The translations under genes and the position numbers were made by a program. A stretch of DNA of 64,000 bases, taken from the NCBI GenBank assembly GCA_937879955.1, contig CALFMK010000002.1, forward strand, positions 1,175 to 65,174. The letters are read 5' to 3'. Of this stretch, positions 1 through 9,900 are shown one piece after another. This DNA comes from an uncultured bacterium (GTDB lineage Bacteria; Patescibacteriota; Minisyncoccia; Phycocordibacterales; Phycocordibacteraceae). How positions within the stretch are numbered: position 1 is the first letter of the stretch; each line of letters begins with the position of its first letter. The notes under the pieces were generated by a model that had not been told where the DNA came from, searched no databases, and worked only from the letters and a program-made list of their open reading frames with translations.

Positions 1-3
1 CTA

Positions 4-32
4 TTGACAAAACACATGTATAGTGTAATGAT
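4..32 (+). promoter_or_regulatory. sigma70-like promoter candidate (TTGACA, ~17 nt spacer, TAATGA/AATGAT) upstream of the sortase gene
   Basis: Hexamer match read directly at the window start; no transcript data. Confidence 0.3.
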
Positions 33-46
33 AGCGGGACCCAGGT

Positions 47-706
47 ATGGCAGCAATCAATAACACAGTCAAGCTCATCCGCGCCCTCGGGCGCGCGTAT
101 GACAAGAAGTGGAGCTTTCTCGCGGCCTTCCTGGCGGTGTTCTTCGTCACGGTGTCGACCCTGTCGGCGCTCGACCTCCTTCCTGAGCCGCCTGCGAAGG
201 TCGCTGAGGAGGTAAGTGTCGCGCCCGCCGCGCTCTCGGCTGCCGCGCTCATGGCGGACCCTGAGGACGCGGTGCGCGTCGAGATCCCGAAGGTGGGCAT
301 CAACGTGACGATCAAGAACCCGAGCTCGACGGACGTCGCGGTGCTCGATGAGGCCCTCCTCACCGGAGCGGTCCGCTATCCTGCGTCCGCGAAGCTCGGC
401 GAGGAGGGGAACACGATCCTCTTCGGCCACTCGAGCTACCTGCCGATCGTGAACAACCAGTCCTTCAAGGCGTTCAACGAGATCCAGAACCTCGAGAAGG
501 GTGATCGCATCACCGTGTACGGCGAGGAGCGCGCGTACGTCTATGCCGTGACGCAGGTCGCGGAGGCGGACGCGAATTCCGACGCGATCCCGCTCACCAA
601 GACGGGCCATACCCTCACGCTCGCGACCTGCGACTCGTTCGGGAAGAAGACCGACCGCTTCATCGTGGTCGCGGACCTTGTAGAGAGCTACCCGCTCGCG
701 AGCTAA
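47..706 (+). CDS. sortase-family transpeptidase
   Basis: N-terminal TM segment; conserved His in LFGHSSY; catalytic-Cys motif TLTLATC typical of sortases (TLxTC); 219 aa. Confidence 0.6.
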   Translation: MAAINNTVKLIRALGRAYDKKWSFLAAFLAVFFVTVSTLSALDLLPEPPAKVAEEVSVAPAALSAAALMADPEDAVRVEIPKVGINVTIKNPSSTDVAVLDEALLTGAVRYPASAKLGEEGNTILFGHSSYLPIVNNQSFKAFNEIQNLEKGDRITVYGEERAYVYAVTQVAEADANSDAIPLTKTGHTLTLATCDSFGKKTDRFIVVADLVESYPLAS

Positions 707-818
707 TGCTCGTTGACGGATAGGTCGCTATAAGCGGCAAGGTGTCTGCATCCGCAGTCGACCGATCGTTCCTTCAACCCAGTCGCCCCCCCATACGGGC
801 GGCGCAATAAGGAGAAAA

Positions 819-1763
819 GTGATGAAAAAGATCATCACCCTATTCATGGCGCTGCTCCTCCTTGCGGGGGAGTGGACGCCTGCGATGGCTGCTCCTGGCA
901 TGTCGCGTTCCACCCGCCATTCCCTGTGCATCAACGGGATCGAGAGTCCCGAAGAGTTCGGGGGGCGGATCAAGGTCGCGATCGTGGCCGATCCGTCGGG
1001 AAAGCGTCGGATCAGGAACTGCCGCATAACCCCGAACGACCTGCTCGTCCTCTACAAGGACGCCGGTCCTGGGACCCCGAAGTCGCTCAGCGACCTCCCG
1101 GGGTACTTCCAGGCCGGCTGGGCGCTCGAGAAGCCCGAGCCCGGCGTGAAGCTGTGGTCGTCCTGCAAGGACGACTCCGGACGAGTCATCGTCCGGTGCT
1201 TCGCCCGCGAGCCGCACGCGAAGTCGCTCCGTGACCCGAGCCGGCCTGAGAAGGTCTGGGTCAAGGGCGACCAGCGACTGTTCGAGGACTGCGGGAACGT
1301 CCGCGTCCAGCGCGACGTCCCGAAGGACCAGTGCATCTACCTGAACGTCTACCTGAAGAAGGACGACGAGCTGCGCGTGATCCATGATCAAGCGCCCGCG
1401 CCGCCCGCCGGGCTCAAGGAGTGCCTCGCGCTCTGGAAGGCCGGCTCGGGCGAGTGGAGCACCACGCTGCTCGACGAGTGTCCTCGGACGAACTGCGTGC
1501 AGGGAAGCGACTGGTTCAAGACCCTGAGCTTCAAGGCCGAGACGGAAGGCACCTACGTGATCCGCCTGCCGGCTACGGTCCTGGGCCGGTTCCGGCTCTG
1601 CGTCATCCGTCCTGACGGGCGGCAGACCATGAGCAGCTACGTCTACCGGCGTTCGTTCCGGCTCAGCCATGCGTTCGTGGGCTACAAAGGATACACCGTC
1701 CCTCCGGCCGAATGGCCCGGGCTCATGCACACCTGGCTGTTCACGGACGGCCGCATCGACTGA
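819..1763 (+). CDS. secreted Cys-rich hypothetical protein
   Basis: RBS aaggagaaaag before the ATG; signal peptide MMKKIITLFMALLLLAGEWTPAMAAP; multiple Cys; the 840..1730 minus ORF is a GC shadow. Confidence 0.5.
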   Translation: MMKKIITLFMALLLLAGEWTPAMAAPGMSRSTRHSLCINGIESPEEFGGRIKVAIVADPSGKRRIRNCRITPNDLLVLYKDAGPGTPKSLSDLPGYFQAGWALEKPEPGVKLWSSCKDDSGRVIVRCFAREPHAKSLRDPSRPEKVWVKGDQRLFEDCGNVRVQRDVPKDQCIYLNVYLKKDDELRVIHDQAPAPPAGLKECLALWKAGSGEWSTTLLDECPRTNCVQGSDWFKTLSFKAETEGTYVIRLPATVLGRFRLCVIRPDGRQTMSSYVYRRSFRLSHAFVGYKGYTVPPAEWPGLMHTWLFTDGRID

Positions 1764-1901
1764 ATAGGGGAGCGGGGGCGGACATCTCGTCCGTCCCCCT
1801 ACCTTTCTCCCTTTTTATACGTCGCGAGAGCGGCAGGGCGTAAGTATTGACTTTTTACAATGTTCGTGATACAGTAGGAAATACCGTAATTACCAAGAGA
1901 T

Positions 1902-4265
1902 ATGGACCAGATACAGTCTTCGTACGCAGCAGCACGTCAGAACCCGGTGAAGACCGGCCTCTTCGCCGTTCTCGGCGTCGTCGCGATCGGCGTGCTCGCC
2001 GGCTTCGCGCTCGGCTACGACGCTCCTGCGAAGACCTGGGCCATGGTCTCTCCGGTCGTCGTCACGCCTCCTCCGCCACCGCCCCCTCCGGTCATCATCG
2101 CGCCGGTCGTCCCTGTCGTGACCCCTCCGCCGGTCGCTCCGGTCGTGGTGAATCCGCCTGCGCCGACCAAGGAGGAGACGACGCCTGCGCCGTCGACCGA
2201 GACGCCGAACGTCGTGAGTCCGGTCACCGTCACGCCGTCGACCGACAGCGACGATCATGGCGACCCGTGCTGCACCGACGTCACGCCGACTCCCGATGTC
2301 CCTGACACCGATACGCATGGCGACCCGTGCTGCACCGAGACGCCGACCACCGACACTCCGGTGACGCCTCCGGTCGTCGTCACGCCTCCGGTCGTGCCGC
2401 CCGTCGTGACGAACGACCTTTGCCCGAACCGTCCTGACCTCGATAAGAACAACCTTCCTGACGGCTACTACGTCGACGGGAACGGCGACTGCGTGCAGCG
2501 CACGACCACCGCGGTCCTCGAGTGCGTGTTCCTCCGCGGCACCCCTCAGGTCATAGCGCCGGGTCAGGCGGTCACGCTCGAGTGGCAGACCAAGAATGCG
2601 ACCTCGATCACTATCGACAACGGCGTCGGCGCGGTCACTCCTGTCGCCGGAGGCACCACGGTCGTCTATCCGACCCAGACTACGACGTATAAGGCTACGG
2701 TCACCGGCGCGTCCGGAACCGTGAACTGCCAGACCGTCGTCGAGGTGAAGCCAACGGTAGACGAGCATCCCGCGCAGTGCGTGTTCCTCAACGGAACGCC
2801 GAGCGTCATCAATGCGGGCGACCCTGTCCGCCTCGAGTGGAAGACCAAGGACGCTACCTCGATCACCATCGACAACGGTATCGGCCAGGTACTCCCGACC
2901 GCAGAGGGCTTCCTGATCGTGAACCCGACCCAGACCACGACCTACAAGGCGACGGTCACGGGCGCTACCGGCTCGGTGAACTGCCAGACCACGGTCACCG
3001 TCACTACGATCCAGCAGGGTCCTCAGTGCGTGAGCCTCACGGCGGACCGTACCCGCATCAAGTCCGGAGAGGCCGTGACCCTCTCGTGGGTCATATCGAA
3101 GGCAACGTCCGTCGTCCTCGATAATGGCATCGGCACCAAGACGGGCGAGACCGGCTCCGTCGTCGTGAACCCGACGTCCGACACGACGTACACCGCCAAG
3201 GTCCCGGGCGCTCCTGACAACGCGAACTGCAAGGTGGAGGTCGTCATCGAGTCCACGTCCTGCACCAGCAACTGTGGCGGCGGGGGAGGAGGCGGTGGCG
3301 GCGGTCGCCGCAGCGCGCGCGTCGGACTCGAGTCCTTCGTGCCAGACCTCGAGGAGCCGCTCTCGTACGTGTACCTCTCCGAGGTCCCGTACACCGGTCT
3401 CGAGCTCGGCACCTGGGGCACCGTCCTCTACTGGATGATGCTCATCGGCTGGAGCCTCGCGCTCGCGTACCTCGTCCTCTTCAATGTCGTGCCGTTCGCG
3501 CTCGCACGTGCTAAGAGCTTCGGCGGCAGCGTGAAGGAGGCGCTCAATGGCGATGCGCATGCACAGGACGGCCATGGCCATGCCGCGCATGCCGCTCCCG
3601 TAGCCCACGCGGCCCATGCCGCTCCGGCTCATCATGGCCACGCTCCGGCGCATGGTGGACATGACGCGCACGCGGCGCCCGCTGCGCCTGCGAAGCCGCA
3701 GGGCTACAACGCGCACGACGGATTCCGCTCGTTCGCCGCTGGCGAGGGTCTCACCATCGACGACATCGTGAAGGGCCTCTCCCGCGAGATCGAGCAGAAG
3801 CACGCGGTGCCTACCCACGAGGAGGTACTGGAGGCCGTCCATGAGGAGGCTCCGGTCCATGTACCGGCACCGGCAGCAGCTCCGGCTGCTGCGTACGAGG
3901 CGCCGAAGCCGGCCGCGCACGTCGCGATGGCTCCTATGAATGCGGATGTCCGCGACTTCGTCGCCGCGCTCCTCAACGGGGACCGCGACACCGTCTTCGG
4001 CATGATCCGCGCGATGGCGCGCCAGGGACAGGACACCGAGGCATTCGTCTCGCACGCGGCCTGCGCTCTCGATGACGCGTACCGCGCATGCATCGACGGC
4101 ACGACCTGCCATCCGGACATCGCGGAGCTCACGAACGGATGCCACCCGTCCTACCTCGAGCGCCTCGTGTCCTCGCTCACGACCGCGGTCGACGGCAGCT
4201 ACTCCGCTGGCATGACCGGCGTGAAGATGGCGCTCACGCGCGCTCTCGGCGTGGTCGCGGGATAA
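1902..4265 (+). CDS. large repeat-containing surface/membrane protein (Pro-rich linker, 2x HGDPCCT motif, 3 tandem ~85 aa Ig-like repeats, Gly10 tract, TM helix, His/Ala-rich region)
   Basis: 787 aa ORF with an N-terminal TM anchor; repeats CVFL.GTP.VI..G..V.LEW.TK.ATSITIDNG...TTYKATVTGA.G.VNCQT three times; HAAHAAP His-rich block; the 1890..4328 minus ORF is a low-complexity shadow. Confidence 0.6.
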   Translation: MDQIQSSYAAARQNPVKTGLFAVLGVVAIGVLAGFALGYDAPAKTWAMVSPVVVTPPPPPPPPVIIAPVVPVVTPPPVAPVVVNPPAPTKEETTPAPSTETPNVVSPVTVTPSTDSDDHGDPCCTDVTPTPDVPDTDTHGDPCCTETPTTDTPVTPPVVVTPPVVPPVVTNDLCPNRPDLDKNNLPDGYYVDGNGDCVQRTTTAVLECVFLRGTPQVIAPGQAVTLEWQTKNATSITIDNGVGAVTPVAGGTTVVYPTQTTTYKATVTGASGTVNCQTVVEVKPTVDEHPAQCVFLNGTPSVINAGDPVRLEWKTKDATSITIDNGIGQVLPTAEGFLIVNPTQTTTYKATVTGATGSVNCQTTVTVTTIQQGPQCVSLTADRTRIKSGEAVTLSWVISKATSVVLDNGIGTKTGETGSVVVNPTSDTTYTAKVPGAPDNANCKVEVVIESTSCTSNCGGGGGGGGGGRRSARVGLESFVPDLEEPLSYVYLSEVPYTGLELGTWGTVLYWMMLIGWSLALAYLVLFNVVPFALARAKSFGGSVKEALNGDAHAQDGHGHAAHAAPVAHAAHAAPAHHGHAPAHGGHDAHAAPAAPAKPQGYNAHDGFRSFAAGEGLTIDDIVKGLSREIEQKHAVPTHEEVLEAVHEEAPVHVPAPAAAPAAAYEAPKPAAHVAMAPMNADVRDFVAALLNGDRDTVFGMIRAMARQGQDTEAFVSHAACALDDAYRACIDGTTCHPDIAELTNGCHPSYLERLVSSLTTAVDGSYSAGMTGVKMALTRALGVVAG

Positions 4266-4393
4266 TCTCATCAATCTTGCATAGAAGAGGCTCGTCCGTC
4301 TGGACGGGTCTCTTCTCGTATAGAACATTGACAGTCATGTATTAATGATTCATTCTATACATAGACATATCGCGCTCTATAAGGAGAAGAGCA

Positions 4394-4552
4394 GTGGAGA
4401 AGCCGAGTACTGAAGCCAGCAAGGAGCTCATCGAGTTCGCCAAGAAGGAGCGGATGAAGGGCTGGATCGTGTCCGTGGTGTTCGGCCTCGTCCTGCCGGT
4501 GGCCATCGTCCTGTGCGTGGTCCTGTCGCCCATCGTGTTCCGCAGCCACTGA
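4394..4552 (+). CDS. small single-TM protein (52 aa), GTG start after RBS aaggaga
   Basis: RBS 6 nt upstream; hydrophobic stretch VVFGLVLPVAIVLCVVL; followed by a hairpin; shorter than the ORF-track cutoff. Confidence 0.35.
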   Translation: MEKPSTEASKELIEFAKKERMKGWIVSVVFGLVLPVAIVLCVVLSPIVFRSH

Positions 4553-4675
4553 CGTTTCGTGACGAACGAGGCCCGAAGCAGTCATGCTCCGGGCCTTTCC
4601 TCGTCGTGCGCTTGACGCGTCCCTTGCCGGGCGTACTGTTACTACGGATGCGTCATGCTCTATAGGAGAAGACCC

Positions 4676-4831
4676 ATGAGAACCTCAGGTGACGGAAGTG
4701 AGCGAAGGGGAATGATCGCGCCCTGGGCGCTCAAGGAACGCAGAGAGAACGCGCGGTTGTATGTGCTGATCGGCATCATCCTGCCGGCCATCGTCATCCT
4801 GTCCGCGGCCGTTTCGAAGCTGCACTCGTGA
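4676..4831 (+). CDS. small single-TM protein (51 aa), paralog-like to the 4394 gene
   Basis: RBS taggagaag then ATG; KERREN...LIGIILPAIVIL resembles KKERMKG...VVFGLVLPVAIVL; followed by a hairpin plus T-run at ~4846-4880. Confidence 0.35.
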   Translation: MRTSGDGSERRGMIAPWALKERRENARLYVLIGIILPAIVILSAAVSKLHS

Positions 4832-4952
4832 GAGCGAGGACTCAGGAAGCCCGGAACCATAGAGGTTACGGGCTTTTCTTTTTCTGACGCAGGCGCATAC
4901 TGCAGCGCAGCAGGGAATCGAACCTTCGCATAAAAATCCCAGGGAGGAAGTC

Positions 4953-5135
4953 ATGGGAATGCAGATCCGCACGTCCGGGATACAGAGGTCGTTCACGATC
5001 GCCGGAGTCGCGATCGTTGCGGCCACGGTCGCCCTGATCGCTGTCGTGACGATCGGGATACCGTTCATCGAGGACCAGAAGCAGGCCTGGCGCTACCGCA
5101 TGTACGTGCTCGCCGAGAGCCTCAGGGTGTACTGA
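4953..5135 (+). CDS. small single-TM protein (60 aa)
   Basis: RBS gggaggaag then ATG; TM stretch IAGVAIVAATVALIAVVTIGI; followed by a terminator. Confidence 0.4.
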   Translation: MGMQIRTSGIQRSFTIAGVAIVAATVALIAVVTIGIPFIEDQKQAWRYRMYVLAESLRVY

Positions 5136-5154
5136 AGGGATCGGATGCGTAAAA

Positions 5155-5190
5155 GGGCCCGGAGCAGTTACGCTGCTCCGGGCCCTTTCT
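5155..5190. terminator. bidirectional rho-independent terminator (gggcccggagcag/ctgctccgggccc, then tttct) between the small TM gene and thrS
   Basis: 13-bp perfect stem with a 5-nt loop read directly; T-run on the plus side, A-run on the other. Confidence 0.6.
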
Positions 5191-5197
5191 CCGTGCC

Positions 5198-6937
5198 TTA
5201 CGCGCGATCGCGGATCTCCTGCGTGACCTTCGCGACGAACGCGTCGAGGGCCATGGCACCCTCCTGGCCGCGGTCGCGGCTGTCGACGGAGACCTCGTTC
5301 GCCTCGACCTCCTTGCCGCCGATCACGAGCACGTACGGGAGCTTCTCCTGCTTCGCCGCGCGGATGCGCTTGCCGAGGGAATCGTTCGCGTCGTCGAGCG
5401 ATGCGCGGACGCCGGCGGCCTTGAGGGCCGATACGACGCTCGCCGCGTAGTCGGCCTGCTCTTCGGAGACCGGGAGCACGCGTACCTGCTCAGGAGAGAG
5501 CCAGGCAGGGAAGGCGCCTGCGAAGTGCTCGATCATGACGCCCATGAAGCGCTCGAGGGATCCGGAGATCGCGCGATGGATGACCACCGGGCGCTCCTTC
5601 TCGCCCTTCTCGTTCGTGTACTCGAGCGAGAAGCGCTCGGGCTGGTTGAAGTCGCACTGGATGGTGGCGAGCTGCCATTCGCGGCCGATGGCGTCCTTGA
5701 ACATGAAGTCGAGCTTCGGTCCGTAGAAGGCGGCCTCGCCCTCGACCCGCTCGTACGGGAGGTCGTTCGTCTTCGCCGCCTCCTCGAGCGCGCCCTCCGC
5801 CTTCTCCCAGACGTCGTCCGAGCCGAGGTACATGCCTTCAGGACCGCGCACCGAGAGGCGCACCCAGTATCCGTCGAGCATGCGCATGGTGGCATAGAAC
5901 TCCTTAATGATCGCGACGATGGTGCCTACCTCCTCCTTGATCTGCGAAGGGCGGCAGAACAGGTGGCCGTCGTCCTGCGTGATGGCGCGGACGCGGGTGA
6001 GGCCCGCGAGCTGGCCGGTCTTCTCGTCGCGATAGACGGTCGCCGGCTCGAAGTAGCGGACCGGCATCTGGCGGTACGAGAACTGGTTGTCCGCGAAGAT
6101 CTGCATGTGGTGCGGGCAGTTCATCGGCTTCATGATGAACTTCTCCTCCTTGCCGGAGACGCGGAAGAGCTCGTCGCCGAACTTCGACGCGTGGCCGCTC
6201 GTCTCGTAGAGCGCCTCCTTCGCGAGGTGCGGGGTCCAGACCCGGTCGTAGCCGCGGTCCTTGTGGAGAGACCATAGGTACTCCTCGATCTCGCGGCGGA
6301 TGAGCGCGCCCTTGGGCTGGAGGAGCGGAAGGCCCGAGCCTACGAGGGACGAGAGCGTGAAGAGCTTGAGCTCGCTGCCGAGCTTCCTATGGTCGCGCTT
6401 CCTCGCCTCCTCCTGCTGGCGCTGGTACGCTTCGAGCTCCTCCTTCGTGTCGAAGGCGAGGCCGTAGATGCGGGTGAGCATCGGGTTCTCCTCGCTGCCG
6501 CGCCAGTACGCGCCCGCGATGCGCTCGAGCACGAACGAGCCCTCCTTGATGTCATGGGACGGCTGCTCGGAGTGTCCGCCTCGGCAGAGGTCCGTGAAGC
6601 CGCCGGCCGTGTAGAGGGTGATAGGATCTCCCGCATCGACGATGCCGTCGATGATCTCGAGCTTGAAGGGGTTCCCGCTGAAGCGGTCGCGCGCGTCCTT
6701 CGCGGACACCTCGGCGCCCGTCATGGTCTTCCAGGAAGGGAGCATCTCCTCCATGGACTGCTGGAGCTCGGCGAGGTCCGCCTCCTTCGGCGGGCGCCCT
6801 CCGGAGAAGTCGAAGTCGTAATAGAAGCCGTTGTCGACGGCCGGGCCGATGGTCGGCTTCGCGTGCGGGTACTTCTCAAGGACCGCTGCGGCGAGCAAAT
6901 GGGCGAGGGTGTGACGCTTCTCTTCGAGGGATGCCAT
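5198..6937 (-). CDS. thrS: threonyl-tRNA synthetase (class II), lacking the N-terminal TGS extension
   Basis: 579 aa with editing-domain-like N-terminus (TLAHLLAAAV...YPHAKPTIGPAVDNGFYYDFDF), class II core motifs and anticodon-binding C-terminus. Confidence 0.9.
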   Translation of the reverse strand: MASLEEKRHTLAHLLAAAVLEKYPHAKPTIGPAVDNGFYYDFDFSGGRPPKEADLAELQQSMEEMLPSWKTMTGAEVSAKDARDRFSGNPFKLEIIDGIVDAGDPITLYTAGGFTDLCRGGHSEQPSHDIKEGSFVLERIAGAYWRGSEENPMLTRIYGLAFDTKEELEAYQRQQEEARKRDHRKLGSELKLFTLSSLVGSGLPLLQPKGALIRREIEEYLWSLHKDRGYDRVWTPHLAKEALYETSGHASKFGDELFRVSGKEEKFIMKPMNCPHHMQIFADNQFSYRQMPVRYFEPATVYRDEKTGQLAGLTRVRAITQDDGHLFCRPSQIKEEVGTIVAIIKEFYATMRMLDGYWVRLSVRGPEGMYLGSDDVWEKAEGALEEAAKTNDLPYERVEGEAAFYGPKLDFMFKDAIGREWQLATIQCDFNQPERFSLEYTNEKGEKERPVVIHRAISGSLERFMGVMIEHFAGAFPAWLSPEQVRVLPVSEEQADYAASVVSALKAAGVRASLDDANDSLGKRIRAAKQEKLPYVLVIGGKEVEANEVSVDSRDRGQEGAMALDAFVAKVTQEIRDRA

Positions 6938-6996
6938 ATGGGTACGAGGATAGCATATATGAGGGAAATGGCGGCTCCGGAGGGAGCCGTGGGCGC

Positions 6997-9900
6997 TTAG
7001 AGCAGCTTGAGGTTCTCCACGGAAAGCGACGTCTCGCCGTTGCGGACCGACACCGTCGCCTTCACGAGGAGGCAGCGGTCGGCGACCAGGAGGTCGGCCT
7101 TCTCCTTGTATATCTTCGGGAAAATCACGCCCTCGATGGCATCGGTCTTGTCGGAGAACTTGAGGAAGGCCATCTTCTCGCCCTTCTTGGTGAGGAGGGT
7201 GCGCACCTCGTCGAGGAGCACCGGCACGATGACAACCGTCCCGGCCTTCGGGTCGTTCTTGATCTGCGCGATGGTGAGGCCGGCCTTCGCGGTCTTCTCG
7301 ACGTGCGCGTCGAGCGGGTGGCCGGAGACGTAGATGCCGAGCAGCTCCTTCTCCCAGGAGAGCTTGTCCGAGATCGAGGTCTCGCCGCGAGCCGGCGGGA
7401 GCTGGAGGGTGGGCGCCGCGAACGCGAAGAGGGAATCCTGCGCGGGAGTGGCCGTAGCCTCGCGATGGAAAGTGAGCATGGTCTCGATGTGGTCGAGGAG
7501 GTGCGAGCGGCTCATGCTCTCGCCAGCTAAAGTGTCGAGCGCGCCCGCCTTGATGAGGCTCTCGAGGGACTTCTTGTTCAGGTTCTTCGAGCCCACGCGC
7601 GAGAGGAAGTCGGAGAGGGAGGAGAACGATCCGTGCTCGTTCCGCTCCTTGATGATGGCCTGCGAGATGCCCTCGCCGAAGTTCTTGATCGAGGTGAGCC
7701 CGAAGCGGATCGTGTCCTTCTCCTCGCCCGAGACCGTGAAGTCGGCGCCCGACTCGTTCACGTCCGGCGGGAGCACCGGGATCTTCAGGCGGTCCGCCTC
7801 GGCAACGAGGATCGCGATCGCCTCGGTGTCGCCGGCGTCGGCCGTGAGGAGGGCGGCCATGTACTCAACCGGATAGTTCGCCTTCATGTAGGCGGTCTGG
7901 TATGCCACCTTGCCGTAGCAGGCAGCGTGCGCCTTGCCGAAGCCGTAGGCGGCGAACGGCTCGATGAGCTGCCAGATCTTCGCGGCCTTCGCGTCAGAGA
8001 GCTTCCCGTACTCCTTGAAGCCCTTGAGGAGCTTCTCCTTCTGCGCCTCCATCTCCGCCGGGATTTTCTTTCCCATGGCCTTGCGGAGCGTGTCGGCCTC
8101 GAGCCAGGAGTACCCGCCGAGCGTGATCGCCGTGAGGAGGACGTCGTCCTGGTACACGAGGAGTCCGTAGGACGCCTCGAGGTAGCCCTTCATGCGTTCG
8201 TCGAGGTAGGTGATGAGGCGCGGGTTCGTCTTGCGCTCGATGTACTGCGGGATGGACTCCATCGGTCCTGGGCGGTAGAGCGCCACCATCGCGTTGATGT
8301 CGTGGATGGTCGTCGGGCGGAGCTCCTTCAGGTAGCGGGTCATGCCCGAGCCGTTCAGCTGGAAGGTGCCTTCCGTCTCGCCGCGCGCGAGCATGGCGTA
8401 GGTCTTCGCGTCGTCGATCGGCACGTTCTCGATGTCGATCCAGATGTCGCGGGTCTCCTTCACGCGGTCCACCGCGTCCGAGAGGATCGCGAGGTTCTTG
8501 ATGCCGAGGAAGTCGAACTTGAGGAGACCGGCGTCCTCCACCGCGTGCATGTCGAACTGCGTGATGCGCTTCTCCGGGTTCTTCGGGTCGAACTGCACCG
8601 GGGTCCATTCATACAAAGGAGTCGGCGCGATAACCACGCCCGCGGCGTGCACGCCCGTGTGGCGCACGCAGCCCTCGATCCTCTGCGCGAGGTCGATGAT
8701 CTCGCGCACGTCGTCGTCCTCGTCGTAGAGCTGCTTCAGCTCCGGCTCGAGCTCGAGCGCATGCTTGATCGTCATGGGGAAGCCCTGGCTTCCCATCGGG
8801 ATGAGCTTCGCGATGCGGTCGCCGGTGCGGTACGCGTGGCCGAGGGCGCGCGACACGTCGCGCACGGCCGCACGCGCGGCCAAGGTTCCGAAGGTGCCGA
8901 TCTGCGCTACCTTGTCCTCGCCGTACTTCTGGCGCGCGTACGCGATCATCTCGTCGCGCCTATCGTCGGCGAAGTCCATGTCGATATCCGGCGCCTTCGG
9001 GCGCTCCGGGTTCAGGAAGCGCTCGAACGGCAGCTTGTAGAAGAGGGGATCGACGTTCGTGATGCCGTTGAGGTACGACACCAGCGAGCCTGCCGCCGAG
9101 CCGCGCGTCGTGGACATGATGCCCGCCGACTTCGCGAAGGTGAGGAGGTCGGACACCGCGAGGAAGTACGGCGCGAATCCCTTCGAGATGATGACGTCGA
9201 GCTCGTACTCGATGCGCGACACCACCTCCTCGCTCCGCTCGAGCCCGCGCATGCTGATGCCGTCGTAGGTCTTGCGGCGCAGCTCCTCGGCGTGGGTAGT
9301 GCCTTCGGGGATGGTGACGTCGGGGAAGTTCCAGCTGCCGAGCTCCATGGTGACGAGGCAGCGGTCGGCGATCTCGCCCGAGGCGTCCACCGCCTCCGGC
9401 ACGTCCTCGAACCACTCGCGCATCATCGCTTCCGTGACGAACGAGAAGTCCTCCTCCTGGTTCGCGTCGCCCTTGTTCCCGTGCGCGATCCGTCGCATCA
9501 CCTCCGTAGCCTCGCGGTCCTCGGGCTTCAGGTAGTACACGTCGTGCTGCGCTACGAGCCGGATGCCCGACTCCTTCGCGAGCGCCTTGATCTGGTCCAT
9601 GCGCTGCATGTGCCCTTCGACCTTCGGGTGGTGCGTTATCTCGAGGTACACGTCGTCCTTCCCGAAGATGCTCGCGTACTCCGCGAGCGAGGCCGCCGCG
9701 CCGTTCTTGTCGCCGCTCTTGAGCGCCTGCGCCACGTCGCCCGCGAAGGAGGGGATGATGGCGATGAGGCCTTCGTGATGCTCGCGGAGGATCTCCTTGT
9801 CCATGCGCGGCTTCTCGCTGAAGCCCTCGAGGAAGGACCGCGTCACGAGGCGCATCAGGTTCTTGTACCCGACGTTATCCTTGGCGATGAGGACGAGGCG

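Noticed and set aside
3271-3303. Gly10-encoding GGC/GGG/GGA tract as a possible phase-variable simple repeat
   Set aside because: The codons are mixed (ggcggcgggggaggaggcggtggcggcggt), not a homopolymer or perfect short tandem repeat, so slipped-strand switching is unlikely.
1890-4328. 812 aa minus-strand ORF opposite the large surface-protein gene
   Set aside because: Extreme Arg/Asp/Gly low-complexity translation typical of a GC-rich antisense shadow; the plus-strand product has clear domain structure, TM segments and repeats.
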